The notes beneath the pieces are model-generated. The model was not told the origin of the DNA, did not search any database, and saw only the letters and a list, made by a program, of their open reading frames with translations. A DNA stretch of 64,000 nucleotides from Pristiophorus japonicus. Lineage: Eukaryota. The position numbers were made by a program, and so were the translations under genes. Positions 1 through 12,081 of the stretch are shown piece after piece. The DNA is taken from assembly GCF_044704955.1 (NCBI RefSeq), contig NC_091984.1, positions 147,622,001 through 147,686,000 of the forward strand. The letters are read 5' to 3'. The stretch's first letter is position 1; each line of letters starts with the position of its first letter.

Positions 1-43
1 AGGGGATATTAATGGGTGCGATGATTCAGAGCAGGCGAAGCTG

Positions 44-715
44 TTGCTCTTCTCACTAGACACCAAGCTGTGCCATTCCCTCTCTGCAGACAGCAGAAAG
101 GGGCGAAACACGTACGCTACAGTTAAGGAGGAGGTTCTAGAGGCCATAGGTATGAACGACGGGAGTCCTTTCTCCCGAGTGGAGAAAACAGTGCAGCTCT
201 ATGGGGAGACTCCACAGGCTTTCGCCGACAGGTTGTGGCCGGTCTACGAAAGGGCCTGTAGTGGGGTTCTTGACCGGGCCCACCTGACCCCTAATGAGCT
301 GGCTCACTGGCTCCGCAGCCTGGTGGCAAACAGCTTACCTGGAGTAAAGGCAAAAGCCTAGGTCTGGTTCGATCCAAGAGATCCCAGAACCACCGAGTAG
401 ACAGTGGTTAGACAGTTGACCCTGGCTTACTGGAACGGTGGAGGGACAGAGGAGCCCTCCTCTAAAGGGAGGGTCCATGAGATTAAACCCAGCCAAGGCA
501 AGAGAGAGTGGCATCAGGAAGGTGGGAACCCTCCCCATAAAGGGGACAAGTGTTTTGGGTGTGGGAAAAGTGGGCACTGGAGGAAGGACTGTAGGAACCC
601 ATGGAAAGAGACTAAGGGAGAGGCCACTTCAGCCCCAACCCATAAGGCCGGGGCAGGAACACCGAGTACGATGCCTGGACGAGACCGTGCGTTACGATGG
701 AGGTGGAGAAAGTGA
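44..715 (+). pseudogene. gag: gag C-terminal part (capsid region plus CCHC nucleocapsid) with in-frame stops
   Basis: ORFs 44-361 and 404-715 share a frame and are separated by TAG stops; CX2CX4HX4C motif. Confidence 0.8.
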
Positions 716-3700
716 AAGGGACCTACCTGCTAGATACTGGTGCTTCCAGCACCCTTGTATATGCAGATAACCCAGCTATCTCACCTCTATCGAACGGGGT
801 CCCGTACAGTCTCGTGGGGTTCACAGGCAATGAGAAAACTGGTTCGTTTTCCATCCTGCTCACCATTCAGTTAGGGACACTCAAAACCAAATGGAAGTGT
901 GTCCTGATGAAATGGGAGCAGAAGGGAAAAGGGATCCTGGGGGCTGATTTTATCATTGGCCACCAGATCCTAGTGGATCTCAGGAACCACTGTCTATGGG
1001 GAGCCATAGTGACTGACAGGGAAGGTGAGGTGGCAGTGATCGCAGAAAAAGGGGCCAAGGGAACATTGTGTACCGTGAAGCCAAAGGAGGGTTATGACTT
1101 GGAATTACTGGTCAGTAACACCCCAGTGGAGTACCAGGCATATGTACGGGCACACCTTGCAGTATTCGCCACCCACAAACATGACTGTGGCAGGGTAACG
1201 GGGGTGGAAGTTAGTATAAAAGGGGACCCCATGACCCGACCACAAAAGCAATATAACTTCCCCAAGGAGGCAGAGGCAGACCTGACAACAGCGCTGGGAT
1301 TACTGGTAGAGCAAGGGGTGTTAAGACCGATAGCAACCCATGTGAACTCTCCACAACTCATGGAGGGCCACCGTGGACTATCGAGTACTAAATAAGAATA
1401 TCCCTGCCTGTGCACCCACTGTAGCAGCCGTAGCGGATCTCATGGGGAGTATTCCAGCATCCGCGACCAATTTCACAGTGCTGGACATTTCAAGTGGGTT
1501 CTGGTCCATTTCTTTAAAACGGGAGGACCAGTACAAGTTCACCTTTACCTTTAAGGGCCAACAATACATGTGGAACTGTCTTCCCCAAGGCTTCCACAAC
1601 AGCTCCAGCATTTTTCACCAATGTATGGCGAACTGTTTAAAGGGCTTTAGCAGACCCCAGCAGTTGGTGCAGTATGTGGATGACCTGCTCCTGTTCACCG
1701 ATCAGGGGGAGGAGCATGGTCCACTGCTGGCTGAGCTGCTGGAGCTGCTAAAAGAAGAAGGGTTTAAAGTAAACCCCAATAAGGCACAGGTCGGCCAGAA
1801 GGAAGTCAAATTCCTGGGGTTGACTCCGCGCTGGGGAAAGGGCCATACCGCAAGAAGGGAGGCAGTACAAGAGTTACCAGCCCCCAACACAGTGACAGGG
1901 GTAAGATCCTTTCTAGGACTCACCGGGTACTGCAGAGACTTCATTGAGGATTATGCAGCCACCGCAGCCCCTCTGCTCAGGCTCCTACACAAGGGTGTAG
2001 AGTGGGACTGGGATGAGGGTTGCGAGGCAGCATTTAATCAGCTGAAGAAGAACTTGCAGACCGCGCCAGCCTTAGGAACGATAGATGTAGGAAAGGAGTT
2101 TTTCCTGGAGGTGGCAGCCAGCGGGGACAGTTTGAGCTCAGTGCTGCTTCAAGAGCGGCACGGCCAGCTGAGACTGGTGGTTTACTCCTCCAGGATCCTC
2201 ACAGATGTGGAAAAGGGATACTCCAACTGTGAGAGACACTCCTAGCCACACATTGGGCAGTGAAAAGATCCTTGATCTTCACGGGAGGGTCTCCTCTTAC
2301 ACTCCTAACCCACCACACACCTACTCAGATGCTCCTAGATGGGAGGATTAAGGACGGGACGGTGAGCAGTGCCCGCATTGCTCGCTGGACACTGCTCCTC
2401 TCCCAGATGGACCACAGAGTAGAAGGCCCCCGTGAGCCAATGCTCGCAGCCAACCTAATCTATCCAGGGAAAGCCCACAGGTGCTCCATTGAAGGGTTAT
2501 GGGAGGTGAACATTGGCCTTCGGGCGGGGTTACACCCTACGGGCCGGGACATCTACGTGGACGGGTCCAGCACGGTATCTGTTGGCGAATGACTCACTGG
2601 GTGCGGAGTTTACGACCCAAGGGCAGGTATTGCCCTGGCAATCAAGCTCCCCAGCACCATGAGCACCCAGCATGCTGAACTTTCCGCCGTAATGTATGTG
2701 GTGACCCACCCCGAGGAATTCCCTACCCCGTACACGATTTGCTCGGACAGTATGTTCACCTACAATTCATATACGGAGTACCTGGCTCTCTGGTCCCGTC
2801 GCGGATACACGTCCGCTGACGGGAGACCCCTGGCAATCAAGCCCCTGCTGGAGAAAATCATGACAGCGGTGGGGGAAGAGGGAAAGGTCTACATACATAA
2901 GGTGAAGGCCCATTCAAAAACCGAACCCCGTGCAGAGGGAAACCAACAGGCTGACAAACTGGCCAAAGAAGGTGCCCGCACTGGAAAGTTCTGGGACCCC
3001 TATGACACCGGCCGCATAGCAGCGGTCAAGAATAAGAACAGGGCAGCAGAGAGTACAGGGACAGCCTTGGCCCCGGACTTAAAAACAGTTCAGGCACAGG
3101 ACCCAGTCCTGAAAGCTGTCCTGAATGCGCTAGCTAGAGGAGAGAGAGTAGAAGGTCCGTACGGCACAGCAGCCATTACCGTTAAGGAAGGCATGCTGTT
3201 TAAAGAGGGACAATGGGTCGTGCCACAGCAGCACCAGAGGGAATTCCTAAAACTGGCCCATGAGGGTCCAGGACCGGGACACCCCGGGCCTGAGACCACC
3301 TGGCAACGGGTGGAACAGGCAGGATGGTGGCCGGGACTCAGGGAGGACATGCGCGAGTTCTGTGCGAACTGCCTGTGTGTGCTGCGAACAACCCTGACCC
3401 CCAGAAAAGGAAGGTGTCCCTAGGACACGTCAGGAGGGTAGAGGGACCATGGCAGTCAATCCAAATTGACTGCATCGGGCCCCTACCCACCGCCCAGGGA
3501 GGCTACAAATACTGCCTCGTCCTGGTGGACTTGTTCTCAAAATGGGTTGAAGCCTTCCCCTGCTGAACAGCCACCGCACTAGGGACAGCTAAGATTCTAG
3601 TGATGGAAGTGTTCTCCCGGTGGGGACTCCCACAGTATGTGGAGTCGGACCAGAGGAGTCATTTCACCGGGCAGGTAATGCAGGCAACCCTTAAGGTGCT

Positions 3701-4772
3701 CGGCATTGAGGGGAAATGGCACGTTGCCCACAATCCACAGTCATCCGGTATTGTGGAGCGTTTAAACCGCACCATTAAAGAAAGGCTGCGGAAGGAAACG
3801 GGAGACTCGCCCCAAAAGTGGGTAGAGGTCTTACCGTTGGTCCTAATGGGGATCCGAGCCAGTCAGTCAAAGAGCACGGGGTATTCCCCATACGAGCTCA
3901 TGACTGGCTGGATCATGCGGACCCCCACCCATGTCCTAGCCCCGGTGCTCACAGAAGGTCAGCTCAGAGAGGTGAACCGCGACCGGTTTGTCAGGAACCT
4001 GTTTGAACACCTCAAACAGATTCACTGGCAGGCTGCTAGTAACATGGGCAGACAGCATCAGAGTAACCGATTGCTGCTAGAACCCAGCAAACACCACGAA
4101 TGGGAGATAGGGGACCAGGTCATGGTGAGGAACTATGCTCGGGTCGGGGTTTTTGAAGCATTATATATGGGGCCATACAGCATTGTGGACAAGGCAAGCC
4201 CGATGGTCTATGCCATAAAGCTGCCCCGCCGTACTAAGTGGTTCCACATCAACCAGTGCAAGCTGTACAATCCAGGGTCAGCCAACCACAGAGGACAGCC
4301 GGGACGGGTGAACTATCCTCAGGACAGGGACCCTCCGTTGGCCGCCCCCGACAGTGGAGGGCCCACAGGGAATGTGGCAGGCTCAGAAACCGTGCCTATA
4401 GGGGCGGTGAATTGCAGTACTGGAGGGGCTATCCCACCCATCGTTTGGGATTCGGACGCACTCCCAGTAACCCAAGCCCTGAGAAGGACCCTCCATACGC
4501 CACGGCCAAAGATACCGTGGTCACCGGCATCTGAGCCTCAGCGATTCTACCCTAGGAGAAGGGCAGCCCGACAGGAAAGGCCGAAGATCAGAAGTACAGA
4601 GGCCGCTCAGAGTAGGGACCACCAGCCAGCCGCCTCCAGCGGTGAGGGTCTCACAGGAGCAGTAGCAACGAGCTTTCCCAGAGACAAGGGTTTCCAGCTC
4701 ACCGGCTGCGGGGAAACCCTCGCACCCAGGCAGCTATCAGGCCGCACAAGCCATGGGCCTGACAGGGAGTAA
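697..4772 (+). pseudogene. pol: pol (protease, RT, tether, RNase H, integrase) broken by frameshifts and stops
   Basis: ORFs 697-1395, 1373-2245, 2260-2592, 2659-3423, 3324-3566, 3600-4772; motifs DTGA, YVDD, YVDGSS/AEL/SDS/GNQQAD, HHCC zinc finger, IQIDCIGP, ESDQ, VERLN, GPY. Confidence 0.9.
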
Positions 4773-5332
4773 CCAGGCCACCCGGAGACCGGTGGCGGTT
4801 GTACATAGCTCTACTTTTAGTTTAAGGCAGCTGACTGCAACATTTTACATTTTAAGGTTTAGTTTAGAATTGAGGTTAATGTTGCAGTAATGTTTAGGTG
4901 ATTATTTTGAGTTTGTCTTGTGTGTCAGCCAGCCTGAGAGCAGTTCTCAAGGGCAGGATCTAGACATTACCGGGTGATGGACAAACCTCAGGAGACCAAT
5001 TGATGTTGTTTAGTTTTAATCTATGTTTTCTTTCCTTCTGTAATGTGGTTGTACATTGCCTATATGCTGGTGAATATAATGTAACTGAAATGAAATATAA
5101 CTGTGCTGAAATGCAATTGTAGTAATTGAACCCCCTCCAAGCTGGGAGGGTATAAATGTAAAAAGTTTTTACCTGTAAAGGGGAAAGTGTGCATCTATGG
5201 TGATGTTGCATAAGTGTAATGCATTTTGGCTGTTAGTTTAGCTAATTTACGAGGAAGGTTATCTCTTGGGAGTCAGGAACTTTGCTCACCTCGAAGGATG
5301 ATACCATAAGTGATATGGTATCACAGGGGGAA

Positions 5333-6863
5333 TGTAGAATTTACCAATATCTCGCAAAGATTCCAGGTACCTTTCCTCTGCAGAGGAGAAGAATCCCTTT
5401 CTGGACTTTTAAAATGGAAGGAAAACTTTGGGACACAAATGAATTTTAAAGGGGCAGACGAGGCCTGCAGGGGATAAAAGGGGGTGCATTCATGGAGACC
5501 ACCCCCCAGTGTTTGGACTCATAGGAAAGGGAATTTAATTTTGAACTATCTACCAGAAAGTTTGAAATCCTAAAGTGCACATGGAAGAAACTACGAACTT
5601 TAATCGAATTTGGGATTTTTAAAAGGTGTATGTTGGGTTTGCAAGAAAAGGGGTGGAGTCAATATCTAAAGGGCCAGTTTGGACATTGGAACTAATCAAA
5701 TTGTCTGGGAACTGTATACCCTCGAAACTTGCCCCTTGAAAACATTAGCATTTAAACAATGCCACATACATATTCCAACACCTTTTCAACAGGCATGGAA
5801 ATATCTGGCTCAGGCCAGACAAGCACAATGGAGAGCTCATCAACTTCGAAAAGCCTATTAACGCCAGATTAAAACCACTTAATCAAGTTTCAGTTAGCTG
5901 GGCTAGATTTGATGGGAGATAACGGAGCCTTTTTTTGTGGGTATATCTATTCCCAGTTTTACCAAGGAACAGACTCGAACAGCAGAACACAGACTCAAAC
6001 ACTGACAGACACAAGCAGCCGGAAGTGGGGAGTGAAGAAATGGAGTAGTGAAGGAAACTACAAGAAATCATCAAGGACCGACTGAGCACGAGGCCCACGA
6101 AATGGAAGGTTGTCAGCAACCAAATTGACAACCCGGGCCACCACAACCAGCGAAACGACCAACCAAAACCAACTCAGAAAAAACCGAAGAATCGACATTT
6201 ATTTCCACTCTACAATCTACTTCGGAATGACCAACGGGTGAGAAATGACCAAAAGGGACTAACTAAACTATTCCTAACCAAAGAAAGTGGGTACTTACCC
6301 CATACATCCAAAACGCAACTTACCGCATCAATGGACGCACCCCAACCAAAGACTACGCAGTCCGAAGTCCTCTCCTCCGACCGAGGTACGGCTCACCTAG
6401 AAGGCCAAGTGCAGCGAACCCCGAAACCGTGATTCACCGGCAACTGTCTAAAGGGATTGGTGAGCATGGCCCCTGAACCCACAGAGCTATAACTTAGTTA
6501 GTTCGGGGAATTGGGGGAGGGAGGCTGGGATAACTTGTGCAAATATATCTGCATTCGCCTCTTTACCCCATTTAGAGTTTGAGCTGTATTCTTTTCCTCA
6601 CAGACTGTAATTGGACAATTTATTCAATGTGTTGTACCCCTCAGTGTGTATTGGTCTGTGTGTGTTATTAAAGGTATGCCTTTTACTTCTTTTTAAGCAC
6701 AATAAAGCCATACCTGCTTCCTACCTTGAAACCGATTGTCTGTCCAAGTCTGTCACAGTCCCTTCATAATTCCAGTGTCTAGAACCAAGGGTGTGGGAGC
6801 GATTCGGAACCGCTCATATAAGGTCAGAAGGGAAAGCTGACCCCCTGCAAACCACCCCTTACA
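5333..6863 (+). repeat. 3' LTR (~1.53 kb)
   Basis: Starts TGTAGAATTT right after the PPT; AATAAA at 6701; probable end CCCCTTACA; 5' boundary confirmed by the inverted copy ending at 48939. The 3' boundary is inferred. Confidence 0.75.
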
Positions 6864-7544
6864 TAACAGATAAAAGGATGAGGACCCCGGAATTGGGGAC
6901 AATAGATGGGGAATCCCGTCTAGTTGCCCTTGAGAAGGTGGGGATGGGGCCACTTCTTCAAACGCTGCAGTCCACCTGGTGAATGTACCCACAGTGTTGC
7001 GCTCGGCAGCATCTTTCAGTATCGTGACCCCTTGACGGTGCCAGCAAATATCAGCGGGTAATATTTTGCAATGTTGCTGATCTTTTGCAATGAGCAAAAC
7101 CTGTCAATAATTTATTGATCGAAAGTCGGCAGCATGATAAACATTTCGAAATCAAGTCATCCCAAACCATTATTCGTCAAACCACCAATGTATTCAACAA
7201 TTCGAGCAGTGTTTCAGTGAGTTATTAATTTCCTGCCCGCCCTACTTAAACAGAGTTATATTTTAAACTGTGGTGACACTTCATTAACAATTCATCTGGT
7301 TATAAAATGACTGCGAACAAGGCCACGTGTTTCTATTTTCCAGGGTTGTACAAGGATCGAGACTCAGAAATCAAATGTCCAACACTCATAGAATCTAAGC
7401 ACCAATGTTATCAGCTCAAAATAAAAATAATACCATTGCTACTTTACTTTAATGTGTACATTTGATCCACTTTCCATCCCGTCTGTCTCAGGATTGACTG
7501 CTCGTGCAATGTTCCGAATATTCATATTGCAATATGTTTTATAC

Positions 7545-10500
7545 CTGACGGCAAATTTATAATCATGGATTTTTTGCGGCCATAAGTGGACTTTCTCCTG
7601 GACTTGGTTTCAGGAGCTCCTTGACAACACGGAACTGTGAACGGCGACCCACACAACACAGATTCCCTTTCATTTCCCAGAACTACAGTGTGATGTAACA
7701 CTTGTGACTGACACACTAACAGTGTTGGCCCATCGCCGGCGCTCAGCAGATACTTACTTCCGTTCCCTAGAATACCGAGCAATATAAATCAATGTCAATT
7801 CAAACCATGTGACTTGTCATGGAGTACAGTTACTGTCAGTCCCAGTTAAAGGTGAGGGAGAGAAGGGAGGCAGAGAAAGTCAGCAGGAGAAGGCCAGCCC
7901 GATTCTCCCAGCACAGCCCGGCTCCCTGTCTCTGCCACAGATCTGCCACGACATAAACTGACAACATGCCACTGTGTGAATCCTCCCATTCTCACTGAGA
8001 GACATCATCCTGATACACGCAAGGTATAACATCACTGGGTCTTTAGTTGTAGGTTAAAAGAACATTATAATATCAATACACATATTCCAAAGGGAGAGAG
8101 AGAAAAGGGAACAAGTGATATTTCTGAATTTCTGACACTAACCGGAAATCAGCAACAAATACTGAGTGCAGGGCAAACAGCAAGTTCCCAGAGCCGGCAG
8201 AAGGGCAGTAATACAGTGGGCACGGATTCACACAATTAGTAACCGCTTACAGTGACTTGCCGGGGACTGTAAGGACTGCAAGAATACAATCACAGACCAT
8301 TTGATACTCTGGAGTTTACACTCACACTGAACATGGATTCAGATGAATGTAACTCCCGCTTCAGAAATGGCGATGACTCGGGGTGTGGAGACAGGGAAAG
8401 AAGTGAGTGATACAATTTGAGAATATGGCGATAAATAACGTGAACTGAAGACATCTCCAGTCACACTTCCAGCAGCAGACGGGATATGCATTGACCAGAA
8501 CCGCGAGGAGACTTTGCCCGACAGTGTCAGTGTATTATGATGTCAATGAACATACTACACAGGGAAGGCAGAGGAAAAGGAGAAGATGATATTCAGCAAA
8601 TTTCTGACAGTGAGCGCTGAGCAGCAAAACAAAAGCTTCGGAAGAAACAGAACAATCTCTCGGGCCCGCAGCAAGCGCAGTCATAAAGTGAAGCCCTGCT
8701 TCACAAAGTGAGTCATTTCATAAGCAGTTCCCGGGATACTGAAAGCAGCCTTTAGAACTGGAACAGGTGACAGGGATATCAGCCAATGGGACCGCACTGA
8801 AGCAGGCCATTCGGCCCATTGTAACCGGGCCTGCTCCCTGAAAGATCTGGCCAATTCCTCCCAGTCGCTGCTTCTTCCCCATATCCCGGAAAGTTTTATT
8901 TGTCAAGTAGATAACCAATTCTCTTCTGCGAGTGATTATTGCATCTGCTGAGCCAACCTCTCAGGCAATGCATTCAAGATCAGAGCAATAAATTCAACTG
9001 GGTTTGTCTCTGAGAATTGACGGTGACCTTGGTGCTGGACACAGGGTGACAACTGACCCTGGGCCTTGATATATTCCAAAAAGCCTTATTGTTACAGGCG
9101 CCTATCTTCCAGTGGGATCATTGGGCTGCATTGACCCTGGGAGTGGAGACAGTCAGTGGGGCAGTCAGACTCGCTTCACTCTGAGCTTACTGACTTACAT
9201 CTTTCAATAGACTGTAGACTTTTACAATCTAACAGCCGAAATATCCGAGTTTTAAGCTGCTCACATTTCTTTCACATTAAACCTGGGAGGTTGGGTCGCA
9301 TTCGGTGGCGGGAACTCATTGACTGAATGTGAGATATCAGTTTCCTGTTGAAATTGCATATCCATCGGACCGAACGGTTTAACATTGGCCGCTTTCACAC
9401 ACTGGGCTCTGACACACGGAACTGTAACTGTGCGGGAGGAGAATGTAAGACAGACACAGATTATGGGGCGGGGTGACAGGACTGCATCAAGTTGTGAAAG
9501 GTTGGGAGATGGGAGGTAGAAGCACATTGTTCCCAGTGGATGGGGGCTCAAGGAGGAGGCACCAAAGGCACTAGACATTTGGAATAAGGAACAGGACAAA
9601 CTTCCCAACAAATAGTTGTGAGGCTGTGAGATTCAGTTCCAGGGTTTGTGTATAAGCAGCAAATATGTCCACATAAAAGTGGATGGGATAGGTGTGTGAG
9701 GGAAGGGGTGATGAGGGATGTGGGGACAGAGGGGTAAATGCCATTCTCACTAACTGCTCACTGTAAGGATCTGACGGGATTTTCAATGTGAATTTGAATC
9801 GGGTGTTGAGCGGCTGTTTCTGGATGTGTGTGGAGCGGGAATCAGAGGGGGAGAATCTGGGCCAATTTCAAACATATTGAGTGTACAGTAATTGTCAGAC
9901 ATTCCCGGCTATTACAGCTGGTGGAGGGGAAGGAGAGGCTGTCTGTTGTAATGTGAATAAACCCATTGTATCATAAACTGCGCGGATTCTCAGCTATAAT
10001 TGCACCAGTCCCAAAGTCAGTAAATGAAGGAAATAAATTATGTTTAAAATTAACATTCTAATGTCAATAAAACGCTCAGTTAAGGAACACGGGAGAGCGG
10101 GAAATATACTCACTGAATTTCTGATAATGAATGGACTTGGAAAAACGCAGCGAAAAAGGACAGCTACCGAGATAGGATCAGTAATGCAGTTAACCCCTGG
10201 TCTGTACATTTAGTCCCGGAATATAGTCACTTCCCGGGGATTCCAAGGAATGCTTCAATGGGACAGTAAATCATTCCTGTCTGTGTCAGTGTCGGTAGCA
10301 CGGTGAATGGATAGGCGGTGAACAGATCTCTCATTCTGACAGAGAAGTGATGGTGACTCTTGATTCTGGACACAGGGCTTCAACTGACTGTCAGATGTGA
10401 GATTGAGAGAAATTCCTTATTTATAATCGAGGAACACCTCCCGTGGGATCAGCAAAAAGCAACATTGACATTACTTCCAGTCAGTGGGACAGCGTGACAT

Positions 10501-10828
10501 CTCCCTTCATGGAAAGGTGTTGTGTAAGTGTTTATAAATTGATGTTGGGTGTTATGAAATGAAACAGCCCAAAGATTGGAATAATATGATGGTCCCATGT
10601 CCATGTCTGGATGTACTGAAAGCCGGGCTCTGAGCCAAGCACTGCCCCTGAACCACAAACAGCTCCCTTTTCCTTCTGTGCTGGGACCCGGCTCACACCT
10701 GGCCATGCACCAATTGCATTCCCCCAATTCTCAGACACCTCTCAAGGCTTCATACCGCCCCTTACCATGAGAACTCGCTCTTGTTCATCTCACACTGAGC
10801 TTTCACAATTGGAATACCAATTTGTGTC
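7545..10828 (-). pseudogene. Probable spliced zona pellucida (ZP) domain pseudogene
   Basis: AG/GT-bounded exon-like segments: 10828-10766 (IVKAQCEMNK), 10335-10114 (ITDPISVAVLFRCVFP), 9427-9199 (FGPMDMQF...YSLLKD), 9136-~9020 (GQC...IRLFGIY...VVTLC; 3' end undefined), 7619-7545 (KSRRKS...IINLP). Order matches ZP-N, ZP-C, furin-like site and hydrophobic patch; contains stops and frameshifts. Confidence 0.45.
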
Positions 10829-11289
10829 CTTAGAACAGGAAGAGGTCGGGCTTTCGACCAACACGAGGAATAAAGTAACATTCAAACCTCAGACAGAACA
10901 ATGTGCCCAGGCCCTGAAATAACCTGGGTTTGATAAGGATTAGGAGCAGGAGGAGGTCATTGGGCCCCTCGACCCTGCATCACCATTTAATGAGATCATG
11001 GCTGATCTGAAATGTCAGTGGAATTAAAATGCTCTGAATGTTTCAGGGGATGATACGGACACCAGACGCCGGACGGGCGGGAACCGAGGTACAGGGATTG
11101 GAGGGTGATCTGATTTGCAATATTGCAATAAGCTCTGCCAAGTGTGAAACAGGATGTGTCTGGAGATCTCCGTCCCCCAGGATGCTGCGCTGGGTCCAAT
11201 GTTTGTGCTCAGCTCTTCATTGTCCATTATTATCCATTCTGTGCCCACTTTGATCCTTTCAGTAATATAGGATATTAGGATTCGGGATA

Positions 11290-11700
11290 TAGTAACATTG
11301 GGAACAGGAGCAGGCCATTCGGCCCCATAGATCCTGGCCAATCTGCAGGCCAGCTCCATTTTCCCTCCTTGCTCCATATCACATGATACCCTTATCGAAC
11401 AAATATCTTCCATCTCAGCCTTGGAAGCCCCACTTGGCCCTGTATCCATTGGGGCGGGAATACCCACATTCCCACTACACTTCCTGCCGAAAAGTGCTTC
11501 CGGACCTGGCTCCTCAAAGGCCTAGATCTAATTGTACCTTTATTTCACCAGGTCTTTAATCCCACACCAGAGGAAATAGTTTCTCTGCATCGACCCAATA
11601 GAAATGGTTCACATTTTACACAACACTATCAGATCACCCTCCAGTCCCCTATACTGCAGTGAATTTATGTCATATTTATGCAATATTTAGCCACTAAAAC
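11290..11700 (-). mobile_element. Old CR1 LINE 3' fragment (a similar remnant lies at ~8770-8985)
   Basis: Degenerate AGGAGCAGGCCATTCGGCCC tail motif shared with other CR1 copies in the window. Confidence 0.55.
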
Positions 11701-11715
11701 CTGGTAATATTCTGT

Positions 11716-11866
11716 GCAGGAAGGTTCTCTTCCCTTCTAATGGGCGGGAGGGACCTCCACAGGAGATCAATGCAGCCTGGTTGCACAATGCACAGGACTC
11801 AAGTGGGAATGTCATCAGAGGACCTGGCTGCAGTGGTGCAAACCTTTCAATGATCTCAGTGGATCA
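11716..11866 (+). pseudogene. Myb/SANT-like DNA-binding domain fragment (Harbinger transposon ORF2), interrupted by Gypsy insertion
   Basis: Translates with one frameshift to RKVLFPSNG...AAWLHNAQ...RTWLQWCKPFNDL, matching the RTWxQCRKRFNDL Myb/SANT-like motif. Confidence 0.65.
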
Positions 11867-11871
11867 CAAAC

Positions 11872-12081
11872 TATTATTTATGTATACTTGTATTTACTCT
11901 GTACAGCCATCAGAGGGCTCATCCCCTGGAGTCCCAAAGGATCCCATAATCTCTTGGGAGCACAGGTATTTAAGGAGGCTTCACAGGTTAGAGAGGCACT
12001 CTGGAGACCTGCAATAAAAGACTACGGTCACACTTTACTTTGAGCTCACTGTTCAGTCTGACTCTTTCTCCATACACAACA
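11872..12081 (+). repeat. 5' LTR of Gypsy element 1
   Basis: Direct repeat of 16187-16396; contains AATAAA. Confidence 0.9.

Larger units (their letters stand above)
1..6863 (+). mobile_element. Decayed retrovirus-like LTR element (gag-PR-RT-tether-RNase H-IN, no env), 5' part outside window
   Basis: Gag zinc knuckle CFGCGKSGHWRKDC; protease LLDTGA; [10 protein letters not shown] and QYVDD; second RNase H; integrase; polypurine tract AGGGGGAA at 5325-5332 followed by a TG-starting LTR. Confidence 0.9.

Noticed and set aside
5679-6432. Accessory retroviral ORFs in the long LTR
   Set aside because: Short, without recognisable motifs, and their lengths differ between the two LTR copies.
6864-11300. 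Immunoglobulin or TCR segments with recombination signals
   Set aside because: No convincing heptamer-spacer-nonamer or V/J/C motifs seen; a ZP-like exon model fits better.
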